Below, in pieces: positions 49,968-58,315 of a stretch of DNA of 64,000 nucleotides; the first letter of the stretch is position 1, and each line of letters opens with the position of its first letter. The DNA comes from an uncultured Candidatus Saccharibacteria bacterium. Its GTDB lineage: Bacteria; Patescibacteriota; Doudnabacteria; UBA920; 2-01-FULL-46-14. Where the stretch lies: NCBI GenBank assembly GCA_964565195.1, contig CAZMCQ010000004.1:64133-128132 (forward strand). Reading direction: 5' to 3'. Made by a program: the position numbers and the translations under genes. Below the pieces are notes generated by a model that saw nothing but the letters and a program-made list of their open reading frames with translations, did not search any database and was not told the origin of the DNA.

Positions 49968-51909
49968 AGCCGGAAGGAGTGTGGAAGGAGGAGCAGGTTC
50001 AGAACTTGCCGTTGAAGAGGTTTTGATTGATCGCGATTCACGGGAGCGCCTGGAACGCGGCGGCGAGGCGCGATTGCCGTCAGTTTTTTTTCGGCTTTTG
50101 CTGCTGGTAGCTTTTGTGGTGGCCTTTGGGCGCCTGTATTATTTGGCGGTCGCCGAACATGAATACTATCGGCAGATTGCTGACGGCAATCGCTTGCGCA
50201 TTGAATACCTGCCAGCGCCGCGTGGGGCGATCTACGACCGTTTTGGAGAGGTCATTGTGGGCAATAAACCCAGTTTTGAGGTTGTGGCGAGCCCTCTGGA
50301 CCTGCCGAAGGATGAGGCAGCCAGGCAAGCGATCATTACTCGCGTCGCCAATATTTTATCATTGCCGGCAGAGGAAATTACCAGTCTGATCGCCGCGGCC
50401 AGCGCGGAGAGCGGGATAAATTCTGTTTTGGTAAAAGAGAATTTAACCCGCGAGGAAGCCCTGGTCTGGAGCGAGCAGGAACGCGAACTGGCTGGTTTTC
50501 ATCTCGCTAAAACCCCGATCCGGGATTATAAGGAAGCCCCAGCTTATGCGCAGCTGGTCGGCTATGTCGGGAAAATCACGGCGGAGCAGTACGAAGAAAA
50601 GTCGGCCGCAGGCTATTTTTATAATGATTCACTCGGCAAGACGGGATTGGAGCAGCAGTATGAACAATTTCTCCGAGGCGAGTTTGGCGAACGGCAGGTT
50701 GAAGTAGACGCGCGTGGCGCGGTCAAGAAAGTTTACGGCGAGAAGCCGGCGGTGACCGGCGAAAGTTTACATCTGAACATCGATGCCCGCCTGCAGGAAA
50801 AACTCTATTCGGTCTTGGAGGCGCAGCTGCGTTCTACTGGGCGTAAAAAAGCGTCGGCCATTGCGGTTGACCCGAGAAGCGGGCAAATTCTCGCGCTCGT
50901 TAACCTACCGTCGTATGACAACAATCTTTTTGCGGGCGGCATCAGCGTCGCAGATTACGCGCGCCTTACCCAGGATAAAAATTTGCCGTTGTTTAACCGC
51001 AGCGTTGCCGGCACTTATCCGCCTGGTTCAACCATAAAGCCCCTTGTGGCTGCGGCTGCCTTGCAGGAGGGTGTGATTACAGAAAAAACGGTCATCAACG
51101 ACCGCGGTTATATTCTGGTGCCTAATCCTTACGGCGGGCCGGATTACTATTTTTACGGTTACCGGAGAGAGGGACTGGGGCCTATGAATGTCCGATCTGC
51201 CATCGCGCTATCGTCTGATATCTATTTCTACACAGCAGGCGGCGGTTGGGACGAGGCAAAGGTTAATGGGCTGGGCATAGACCGCCTCGCGCGGTATTAT
51301 CAGGCATTTTATCTCGACCGGAAACTTGGTATAGATTTGCCGGGTGAGAAAACCGGATTTGTTCCGACGCCGGATTGGAAGAAGGAATATTTCAACAACC
51401 ATCCGATAGATTCGCGCTGGTATCTCGGGGATACATACCATGTGGCGATCGGGCAGGGCGATCTGCTCGCGACGCCGCTGGACGTAGTTTTTTGGACAGC
51501 CAGCATTGCCAATGGCGGGAAGATCTTTCGGCCATGGATTGCAAACCATGTCGAGGATGAGAACGGCAACTGGCTTGCGGAATTTAAGCCAGAGCAGATC
51601 GCTGCGCTGCCTATTGATGCGAAAAATTTGCAGATCGTTCGCGAGGGGATGCGCGCAGTGGTGACTGATGGCACGGCCAAAGCATTGGACACTTTGTCAG
51701 TGGCTGTGGCCGGTAAAACCGGCACTGCGCAGTTTGACGCGCGCAATCGCGCGCGCACACACGCCTGGTTTGCGGGCTTTGCGCCCTACGACGACCCACA
51801 GATCGCAATCGTCGTATTGATAGAAGACGGGGGAGAAGGCTCATCGATGTCTGTCCCCGTGGCCCGTGACGTCTTCGACTGGTGGGCGAAGAATCGGTAT
51901 CAGAAGTAA
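49933..51909 (+). CDS. mrdA: penicillin-binding protein 2
   Basis: RGAIYDR, PGSTIK (SxxK), SSD, KTGTAQ. Confidence 0.94.
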   Translation: MRNPFRLKNTIEAGRSVEGGAGSELAVEEVLIDRDSRERLERGGEARLPSVFFRLLLLVAFVVAFGRLYYLAVAEHEYYRQIADGNRLRIEYLPAPRGAIYDRFGEVIVGNKPSFEVVASPLDLPKDEAARQAIITRVANILSLPAEEITSLIAAASAESGINSVLVKENLTREEALVWSEQERELAGFHLAKTPIRDYKEAPAYAQLVGYVGKITAEQYEEKSAAGYFYNDSLGKTGLEQQYEQFLRGEFGERQVEVDARGAVKKVYGEKPAVTGESLHLNIDARLQEKLYSVLEAQLRSTGRKKASAIAVDPRSGQILALVNLPSYDNNLFAGGISVADYARLTQDKNLPLFNRSVAGTYPPGSTIKPLVAAAALQEGVITEKTVINDRGYILVPNPYGGPDYYFYGYRREGLGPMNVRSAIALSSDIYFYTAGGGWDEAKVNGLGIDRLARYYQAFYLDRKLGIDLPGEKTGFVPTPDWKKEYFNNHPIDSRWYLGDTYHVAIGQGDLLATPLDVVFWTASIANGGKIFRPWIANHVEDENGNWLAEFKPEQIAALPIDAKNLQIVREGMRAVVTDGTAKALDTLSVAVAGKTGTAQFDARNRARTHAWFAGFAPYDDPQIAIVVLIEDGGEGSSMSVPVARDVFDWWAKNRYQK

Positions 51910-52003
51910 ACGGAGGTATTTGTCCACGAGTAGTATACAGATTATAAACAGCATATTCACACTTGATAAAATTTTCCCTTATTTTAGGCACAAGCAGTTT
52001 TTG

Positions 52004-52032
52004 TTGACGCAAAATAGGGGGTGTTGTAAATT
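52004..52032 (+). promoter_or_regulatory. sigma70 promoter
   Basis: TTGACG-N17-TAAATT. Confidence 0.6.
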
Positions 52033-52038
52033 ATCTCT

Positions 52039-52248
52039 GTGGGGGGAATCTCTTTGAAAACGTGATTTGAGTGAGAGCGGGAAACCGTTTTCTGCCGAAC
52101 CGCCTGATCAGCGGCTTCGGGCCGGCGCCGACAGGCTCGCGGGGCAACTTGCGGGAACTCGGCTAAGGCGATTGGGTTTCGTTTTCAATCACGATTTTCT
52201 CCACCGATGAAGAAAGGTTCAGTGCGCTTGGCGCCTTGAATCTTTTTT
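52039..52248 (+). ncRNA. putative structured ncRNA / leader RNA
   Basis: closing stem 52039-50/52193-204, multi-branch hairpins with GAAA and GCAA loops, terminator-like hairpin 52212-52248. Confidence 0.55.
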
Positions 52249-52289
52249 CATTTTGTGTTATGCTCGCAGCAAATTTCTTGGAGGAAATC

Positions 52290-53255
52290 ATGGACGTTAA
52301 ACTGGTAAAAATGCCGATCACGGGCTATGCCAAGCCGGCCAATCCGAAACAGTTTTTTCCCTTGGTCAGGTTGGCACAAAACTTCGGGGTGGTGATTCGT
52401 CCAAAGGAGGGACTTCGGGGCGACTCCTATATCAAAATCACGCGGGGAAATTGGGCGGGTGGTAAGCGGACGCGCGTCGAGTCGTCGTACCGAACTTATC
52501 AGGAGGCGATCCGGTCGTTTCGCCACATCATGACCAGCATCATGACCACGTCAGGGGATTATGCCTTTTGGCTTCAGCATTTTTTGGAATTCCACAAGTT
52601 CCTCGCGACCGCTGATCTGAAGTCGTCTGATTCCCAAACCACGGCGCGAGTTCTGCTGAATCGGGCCGAAAAACGGTTCGCCAGGGCGCGCTGCCCCAAT
52701 TGTCTGGTCATCCGCGAAGCAATTTCCGGCGAGGATCTGCGGAAAAAAAGCCTCGCTGAGCTTCTGGAAATAGCGAATCCTAGCGCGGCGCGTGCGAAAA
52801 TTGTCTTTTGCGTGAAGGAGCCGCTGCAGGATGAAACCGAACGGATTAAGGCGCAGGTTAACCGCCTTGTTTTTCTTGAGAGCTTGCTCGGACGCATCTG
52901 GACGCACGAGCTCTATAACTGCTCGCTCGCGTTAAATCGGCTCATCGCTCTTGATGCCTATCTTGAAGATTTTCGGCCCTCGCTTTCTGCACACCAGCGA
53001 GTCATCAATCTTCTCGCATTGACGCTGGAGCTCACCCGACAGATGTTTGACCTGCGCGTACAGTACGCGCACAGACATCTTTTGGCGTTGCGGAAGGTTC
53101 TGCTCGCGTCCATCGGTGGGACGATTCCCAATGAAGCCAAGACGCGCCTGTGTGACGCCATGACCAACTTGGAGCATTATTGGCTCTGGTTGAATCTGGA
53201 GGATTCTAAGGGTCTCACCGGCCGTGAGTTGCAGTCTTTCGGTTGGGTGGCGTGA
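52290..53255 (+). CDS. orphan hypothetical protein (~321 aa)
   Basis: GGAGG SD before ATG 52290, long ORF, terminator follows; basic and helical. Confidence 0.7.
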   Translation: MDVKLVKMPITGYAKPANPKQFFPLVRLAQNFGVVIRPKEGLRGDSYIKITRGNWAGGKRTRVESSYRTYQEAIRSFRHIMTSIMTTSGDYAFWLQHFLEFHKFLATADLKSSDSQTTARVLLNRAEKRFARARCPNCLVIREAISGEDLRKKSLAELLEIANPSAARAKIVFCVKEPLQDETERIKAQVNRLVFLESLLGRIWTHELYNCSLALNRLIALDAYLEDFRPSLSAHQRVINLLALTLELTRQMFDLRVQYAHRHLLALRKVLLASIGGTIPNEAKTRLCDAMTNLEHYWLWLNLEDSKGLTGRELQSFGWVA

Positions 53256-53273
53256 CGCTGCAGTTTGCCAAAG

Positions 53274-53304
53274 GGGTGGCCCCACATTCGGCCACCCTGT
53301 TTTT
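53274..53304 (+). terminator. terminator
   Basis: GGGTGGCC/GGCCACCC + T tract. Confidence 0.75.
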
Positions 53305-53341
53305 ATTTGTGTTATACTATTCTTTTCTTTATCTCACTTCT

Positions 53342-54142
53342 ATGGCCGCAATTTTGATTGACGGAAAAAAAATAGCACAGGGCATCTTGGATGACCTGAA
53401 AGCACGGGTCGCCAGTCTGCGCAAGTCCGGCAGGCAGCCGCGGCTGGCGGTTTTTTTGATCGGCCACAACCCGGCGTCCGAGTCGTATGTCAATGTCAAG
53501 CGGAAATGCGCGGCCAAAGTCGGCATTGAAGTCGAGATAAAGAACCATCCGGAAGCTACTACTGAAGAGAAATTAATCAGGGAAATCAAACTTGTCAACC
53601 AGCGAGCCGATATTTCCGGCATTTTAGTTCAACTCCCGCTTCCGCCCCATCTTGATAAACAGAGAGTACTCGGCGCGATAGACCCGAAGTTGGATGTAGA
53701 AGCTCATTCCCCGGCCGCTGCCGCGGTCCGCTATATCCTTTCGACTTTACCGATTGATCTCAAGTCAAAGAAAATTCTGATCATCGGTTCCGGAGACCTC
53801 GTGGGCCGGCCACTCGCCGAAATATTAAACAGAGAGAATCTGGATTTGAGAGTGGCAACCAGGCAGACAGAGAATCTTGAGGAAGTTGCCAAAACCGCGG
53901 ACGTGATTGTTACTGGCACGGGGCATGCCGGGCTTGTCCGAGCCGGAATGGTCAAAGCAGGCGCAGTCGTGGTTGATGCCGGCACGACAGGTTCAGAGGA
54001 TGGCAGCGTGGTTGGCGACGTCGATTTTGAAGGCGTTTCCAAAAAAGCCGGCTATCTCTCGCCGGTTCCCGGCGGAGTGGGGCCGGTAACCGTGGCGATG
54101 CTGCTCCGCGCCGTAGTTGACAACACCGAACGCAAACTATAA
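53342..54142 (+). CDS. folD: methylenetetrahydrofolate dehydrogenase/cyclohydrolase (divergent)
   Basis: LIDGKKIA, YVNVK, GILVQLPLP, PVPGGVGP. Confidence 0.9.
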   Translation: MAAILIDGKKIAQGILDDLKARVASLRKSGRQPRLAVFLIGHNPASESYVNVKRKCAAKVGIEVEIKNHPEATTEEKLIREIKLVNQRADISGILVQLPLPPHLDKQRVLGAIDPKLDVEAHSPAAAAVRYILSTLPIDLKSKKILIIGSGDLVGRPLAEILNRENLDLRVATRQTENLEEVAKTADVIVTGTGHAGLVRAGMVKAGAVVVDAGTTGSEDGSVVGDVDFEGVSKKAGYLSPVPGGVGPVTVAMLLRAVVDNTERKL

Positions 54143-54151
54143 AGTATCCAC

Positions 54152-54613
54152 ATGGCAAAAAAACATCTCCTCACACAGGATGGATTGACCAAACTGAAAA
54201 ATGAGCTGGAGACATTAATCAAGGAGCGCCGCAGGGAAGTGATCGAGCGTATTCAGGAGGCGGTCGCGCATGGCGACCTCTCGGAAAACGCGGATTATGC
54301 GCAGGCCAAGGAAGAGCAGGCCTTTATCGAGGGCCGGATTCAGGAGCTTGAGGAGATCATTAAAAACGCGGAGATTATCCGGAGTAATGGCGACAGGAAT
54401 ATCATCTCGGTTGGCTCGACAGTGAAATTGAAGATTAATGGTCAGGAGAAAGTCTACACGATCGTCGGTTCGAATGAGGCGAATCCGGCCGAAGGAAAAA
54501 TCTCCAATGAATCGCTGGTCGGGCAGAGATTGCTCGGCGCGAAGCCCGGGGACAAGGTCGAGGTGACCACTCCCGGTGGCAAAGTACTGTACGAAATCGT
54601 GGAGATTCGCTAA
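54152..54613 (+). CDS. greA: transcription elongation factor GreA
   Basis: HGDLSENADY, ISNESLVG. Confidence 0.95.
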   Translation: MAKKHLLTQDGLTKLKNELETLIKERRREVIERIQEAVAHGDLSENADYAQAKEEQAFIEGRIQELEEIIKNAEIIRSNGDRNIISVGSTVKLKINGQEKVYTIVGSNEANPAEGKISNESLVGQRLLGAKPGDKVEVTTPGGKVLYEIVEIR

Positions 54614-54615
54614 AG

Positions 54616-54715
54616 CACGAACTACGAATCTATACGAACCTACGAAAAACTGCCTTCTTGGGCAGTTTTGTGTTATAATTAAGTTTGTAGATTCGTAAAT
54701 CTTAGTAGTTTGTAC
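54616..54715. repeat. inverted pair of TACGAA arrays enclosing a terminator and a -10 box
   Basis: forward array 54616-46, AAAACTGCC/GGCAGTTTT hairpin, TGTTATAAT, reverse array 54683-715. Confidence 0.7.
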
Positions 54716-54718
54716 CCA

Positions 54719-56182
54719 ATGACGGAAAAAGAAGAACAGCTTTACCGGGACCGCCTGAAAAAACTGGAAGGATTGCGCGCCGCTGGCACCGATCCTTATC
54801 CAGCCAAAACGAAACGAACACACAAAGTCAGTGCAGCGCTGGATAATTTTTTTGTGCTTTCCAAAGGCGCCAAGCAGATTTCGCTGGCCGGGCGTATCCG
54901 CGGCCTGCGCGGCCATGGGGCAATAATTTTTGGCCATCTCGAGGACGGCAGCGCTAGCATGCAAATTCTGCTGCGCGGGGATCTGGTCGCGAAAAAAAAA
55001 TTTGATATCTTCAGAAAATATATTGACATCGGCGATTTCATCTCTGCGACCGGCAAGCTCATCCAAACGAAGCGCGGGGAAAAAACTTTGGAGGTTAAGG
55101 ACTATCAAATCCTCACCAAGAGTCTCCGCGCGCTGCCCGAGCAGTGGCATGGCCTGCAGGACATCGAGACGCGCCTGCGGCAGCGGTACTTAGATTTTAT
55201 TTCAAACCCTGAAGCCAAGGAGCTGTTTTTGAAGAAAGCGAAATTCTGGAAAGCTCTCCGGGAAAATTTAGAGAAGGCCGGGTTCATCGAGATTGATACG
55301 CCCGCGCTGGAGGATGTCGCCGGCGGCGCTGACGCGACGCCATTTGTCACGCATCACAACGCGCTTAACCGCGATTTTTATTTGCGGGTCTCTTTGGAAC
55401 TTCCCTTGAAGAAAATCATCATCGGGGGCTTTGAAAAAATATACGAGATCGGCAAAATTTTTCGCAACGAAGGGATTTCGACGGAACATCTGCAGGATTA
55501 TCTCGAGTGCGAATTTTACTGGGCTTACGCGGAGTATGAAGAGCTGATGGGTTTTGTGGAACAGCTTTATAAAGCCATTGTGAAGGAAACCACCGGAGGA
55601 CTAGCGACCGCATTCCAAGAGCAGAAGATAAACTGGGGCAAAAAATGGCCGCGCGTGGATTATTTCCGGCTGATCGAAAAAGAGCTGGACATAGACCTCG
55701 AAAAAATGTCGGATGAGAAGCTGAAAAAATATGCTCTCGGGCATGGCCTGAAAACCGATCCGGCCTGGGGCCGGGGACGGATCATTGATTATATTTTCAA
55801 AAAAAGGGTCAGGCCGAAAATTATCCAGCCGATGTTTCTCATCAATCATCCGATCGAGGTTTCGCCGTTGGCGAAACAGCACCGCCAGCTCGCCGGCCGC
55901 GTGGAGCGGTTCAATGTGATCGCCGCGGGCACAGAACTTGGCAACGGTTTCTCGGAACTGAACGACCCGGTTGATCAGCAAATGCGTTTCCAGGAGCAGA
56001 TGGAGCTGCGCCGCGCCGGAGACCCCGAAGCGCAGATGATGGACGAGTCCTTTGTCGAGGCGCTCGAGTATGGCCTGCCGCCGACGGCCGGTTATGGACT
56101 GTCGGAACGGCTTTTTGCAGTGCTGATGGATAAATCAGTAAGAGAAACGGTGGTTTTCCCGCCAATGAGGGGGAAAGATTAA
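54719..56182 (+). CDS. lysS: lysine--tRNA ligase (class II)
   Basis: RQRYLD, FRNEG, ELGNGFSELNDP, YGLPPTAG. Confidence 0.96.
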   Translation: MTEKEEQLYRDRLKKLEGLRAAGTDPYPAKTKRTHKVSAALDNFFVLSKGAKQISLAGRIRGLRGHGAIIFGHLEDGSASMQILLRGDLVAKKKFDIFRKYIDIGDFISATGKLIQTKRGEKTLEVKDYQILTKSLRALPEQWHGLQDIETRLRQRYLDFISNPEAKELFLKKAKFWKALRENLEKAGFIEIDTPALEDVAGGADATPFVTHHNALNRDFYLRVSLELPLKKIIIGGFEKIYEIGKIFRNEGISTEHLQDYLECEFYWAYAEYEELMGFVEQLYKAIVKETTGGLATAFQEQKINWGKKWPRVDYFRLIEKELDIDLEKMSDEKLKKYALGHGLKTDPAWGRGRIIDYIFKKRVRPKIIQPMFLINHPIEVSPLAKQHRQLAGRVERFNVIAAGTELGNGFSELNDPVDQQMRFQEQMELRRAGDPEAQMMDESFVEALEYGLPPTAGYGLSERLFAVLMDKSVRETVVFPPMRGKD

Positions 56183-56184
56183 CG

Positions 56185-56248
56185 GGGATTGCTTCGCTTG
56201 CGCTCGCAATGACAAGTCTTTGCGAGGAGCGAAGCGACGAAGCAATCT
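56185..56248. repeat. intergenic REP doublet (GTCATTGCGAG family)
   Basis: both halves match the in-frame copy at 41581-41655. Confidence 0.9.
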
Positions 56249-56836
56249 ATGAAATTATTATTAGGCACGATGAATCCGGCAAAGGTCGCGGATTATCAGA
56301 AATATTTGGTTCATTCGAAATTAGAAATTGTTACGCTTAAAGATTTACAATTTTTTGAAGAACCGCTTGAGATAGGAGCAACATTTGAGCAAAATGCCCT
56401 GCAGAAAGCGAAATTCTACGCTGAACGTACAGAATATCCGACCCTTGCCGATGACGGCGGATTTGAAGTTGACGCGCTGGATGGACGGCCGGGGATTGAT
56501 TCCAGTCGCTGGCTTGGGCCGAATGCCACAGATGAAGACAAGATAAATAAAATTATCGAGTTATTAAAAGACGTGCCGGAAGAGCAGCGGACCGCTCGAC
56601 TAAGAAATGTGACAGTAATATACTTTCCAGAGGAGCGTGATTATATTATGAGTAAGGGGAAAATGGAAGGCACCATTCCCGAGAAGCCGAGCCCGGTGAG
56701 AGTTTTCGGGTTTCCTTACCGCTCGGCGCTGTTTCTACCGCAGTTCAATAAATATTATGCTGAACTTGACGGTGAGTCGCATAGAAAAGCAGTTTGTAAA
56801 GAGCTATTATTAAAACTGGAGCCCTACCTTAATTGA
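56249..56836 (+). CDS. rdgB: non-canonical purine NTP pyrophosphatase (Ham1/RdgB)
   Basis: GTMNPAK, NALQKA, ADDGG, PGIDS, SHR. Confidence 0.85.
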   Translation: MKLLLGTMNPAKVADYQKYLVHSKLEIVTLKDLQFFEEPLEIGATFEQNALQKAKFYAERTEYPTLADDGGFEVDALDGRPGIDSSRWLGPNATDEDKINKIIELLKDVPEEQRTARLRNVTVIYFPEERDYIMSKGKMEGTIPEKPSPVRVFGFPYRSALFLPQFNKYYAELDGESHRKAVCKELLLKLEPYLN

Positions 56837-56840
56837 CGAA

Positions 56841-56905
56841 GTCATCCTGAGGACGGGAGTCCGAAGGATCTCACGCGCGAGATTCTTCGCTTCGCTCAGA
56901 ATGAC
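56841..56905. repeat. REP doublet (GTCATCCTGAG...CTCAGAATGAC)
   Basis: terminal inverted repeat with internal hairpins. Confidence 0.85.
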
Positions 56906-56917
56906 AAAATCCAGAAT

Positions 56918-58252
56918 ATGTTAGATATAAAATATATAAGAGAAAATAAGGAGGCGGTGAAAAAAGCAATCATAGATAAGAGAATTGTTCTCAATTTGGA
57001 CGAGCTTTTGGCATTGGATGAAAAGCGGCGGAAACTCATTGCCGAGATCGATCAGTTGCGCGCGAAGAAAAACGACATTGCCGAAAAAATGCAAAGCGCG
57101 GATGCTTCCACAAAAGAACGCCTGAAAATCGACGGCAAAGAGGTCAAAGAAAAGATAGCGGCGCTCGAAAAAGAACTGACTGATGCGGAGCAGCGTTATA
57201 ACGAGCTCATGCTCCTTGTGCCGAACATCCCATCTAAAGATACGCCTGTCGGCGGCGAGCAGGATTTTAAAGTCATTTCGACCTGGGGCAGGCAGCCGAA
57301 ATTTGATTTTCCGATTAAAGATCATATTGAACTCGGAAAATCACTGGATATTTTGGATCTGGAGAGGGGAGTGAAGACCGCTGGTTTTCGCGGCTATTAC
57401 CTCAAAAACGAAGGCGCGCTTTTGCACCTCGGCGTTTTGATGCTGGCCTTTCAGAAAATGGTAAAAAAAGGCTTTACACCGATGATCCCTCCGACTCTGA
57501 TCAAAGAGTTCGCGCTTATCGGGAGCGGCCACTTTCCGACAGGAAGACAGGAAATATACGAGGTCGAGGAATATGCCCCCTCACCCCACCCTCTCCCGCC
57601 AGGGGAGAGGGATAAAGGGAGAGGGCCAGAAACCAAGTTTCTGGTTGGCACGGCCGAGCCGTCGCTTTTGGCCTATCACGTCGGCGAAACATTGGAGGAA
57701 AAGAATTTACCTGTTAAGCTTGTCGGCATCTCGCCGTCTTACCGGCGCGAAGTCGGTGGTTATGGCAAAGACACCAAAGGCGTTTATCGCACCCATGAGT
57801 TCACAAAAGTGGAGCAAGTGGTTCTGTGTAAGGATCTCCTGGAATCAGAGCATTGGTTTACAGAGATGGCACGGATCGCGCAGGAGCTTTTACAGGACTT
57901 GAAGCTGCCGCATCGCGTCATTCAGATTGCCACCGTGGAGATGGGGGCTGGGAAATACAAAATGTATGACATCGAGACCTGGATGCCCGCGCGCGGCGCC
58001 TATGGCGAGACGCATTCCTGCTCCAACCTCACGGACTGGCAGGCGCGGCGGCTGAATATCAAATACCGCGACAAGGCCGGTAAGACAGAATATGTTCACA
58101 CTTTGAATAATACGGTACTCGCCAGCCCTAGAATTTTGATCGCGATTTTGGAAAATAACCAGCAAAAAGACGGCTCTGTGGAAGTGCCCAAAGATTTGCG
58201 AGATTTTGTGGGGGAAAAGAAATTGACCCCGCAGGGGTCATCCCGCACTTGA
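56918..58252 (+). CDS. serS: serine--tRNA ligase with in-frame palindromic insertion
   Basis: MLDIKYIREN, GTAE, YRREVG, HEFTKVEQ, HTLNNT. Confidence 0.96.
   Translation: MLDIKYIRENKEAVKKAIIDKRIVLNLDELLALDEKRRKLIAEIDQLRAKKNDIAEKMQSADASTKERLKIDGKEVKEKIAALEKELTDAEQRYNELMLLVPNIPSKDTPVGGEQDFKVISTWGRQPKFDFPIKDHIELGKSLDILDLERGVKTAGFRGYYLKNEGALLHLGVLMLAFQKMVKKGFTPMIPPTLIKEFALIGSGHFPTGRQEIYEVEEYAPSPHPLPPGERDKGRGPETKFLVGTAEPSLLAYHVGETLEEKNLPVKLVGISPSYRREVGGYGKDTKGVYRTHEFTKVEQVVLCKDLLESEHWFTEMARIAQELLQDLKLPHRVIQIATVEMGAGKYKMYDIETWMPARGAYGETHSCSNLTDWQARRLNIKYRDKAGKTEYVHTLNNTVLASPRILIAILENNQQKDGSVEVPKDLRDFVGEKKLTPQGSSRT
57575..57626 (+). repeat. in-frame palindrome in serS
   Basis: CCCTCTCCC-gccag-GGGAGAGGG hairpin, encodes APSPHPLPPGERDKGRG. 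Confidence 0.85.
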
Positions 58253-58302
58253 TGCGGGATCCAGAACTATTTGTATAGATTTCCGCTTTCGCGGGAATGA
58301 CA
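58237..58302. repeat. REP doublet supplying the serS stop codon
   Basis: GTCATCCCGCACTTGATGCGGGATC...GCGGGAATGACA. Confidence 0.85.
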
Positions 58303-58315
58303 TATAATTGTGTTT

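Noticed and set aside
52039-52205. tmRNA or tRNA (GGGG...TCCACC ends)
   Set aside because: No T-loop GTTCRA, no CCA, no tag ORF, wrong length
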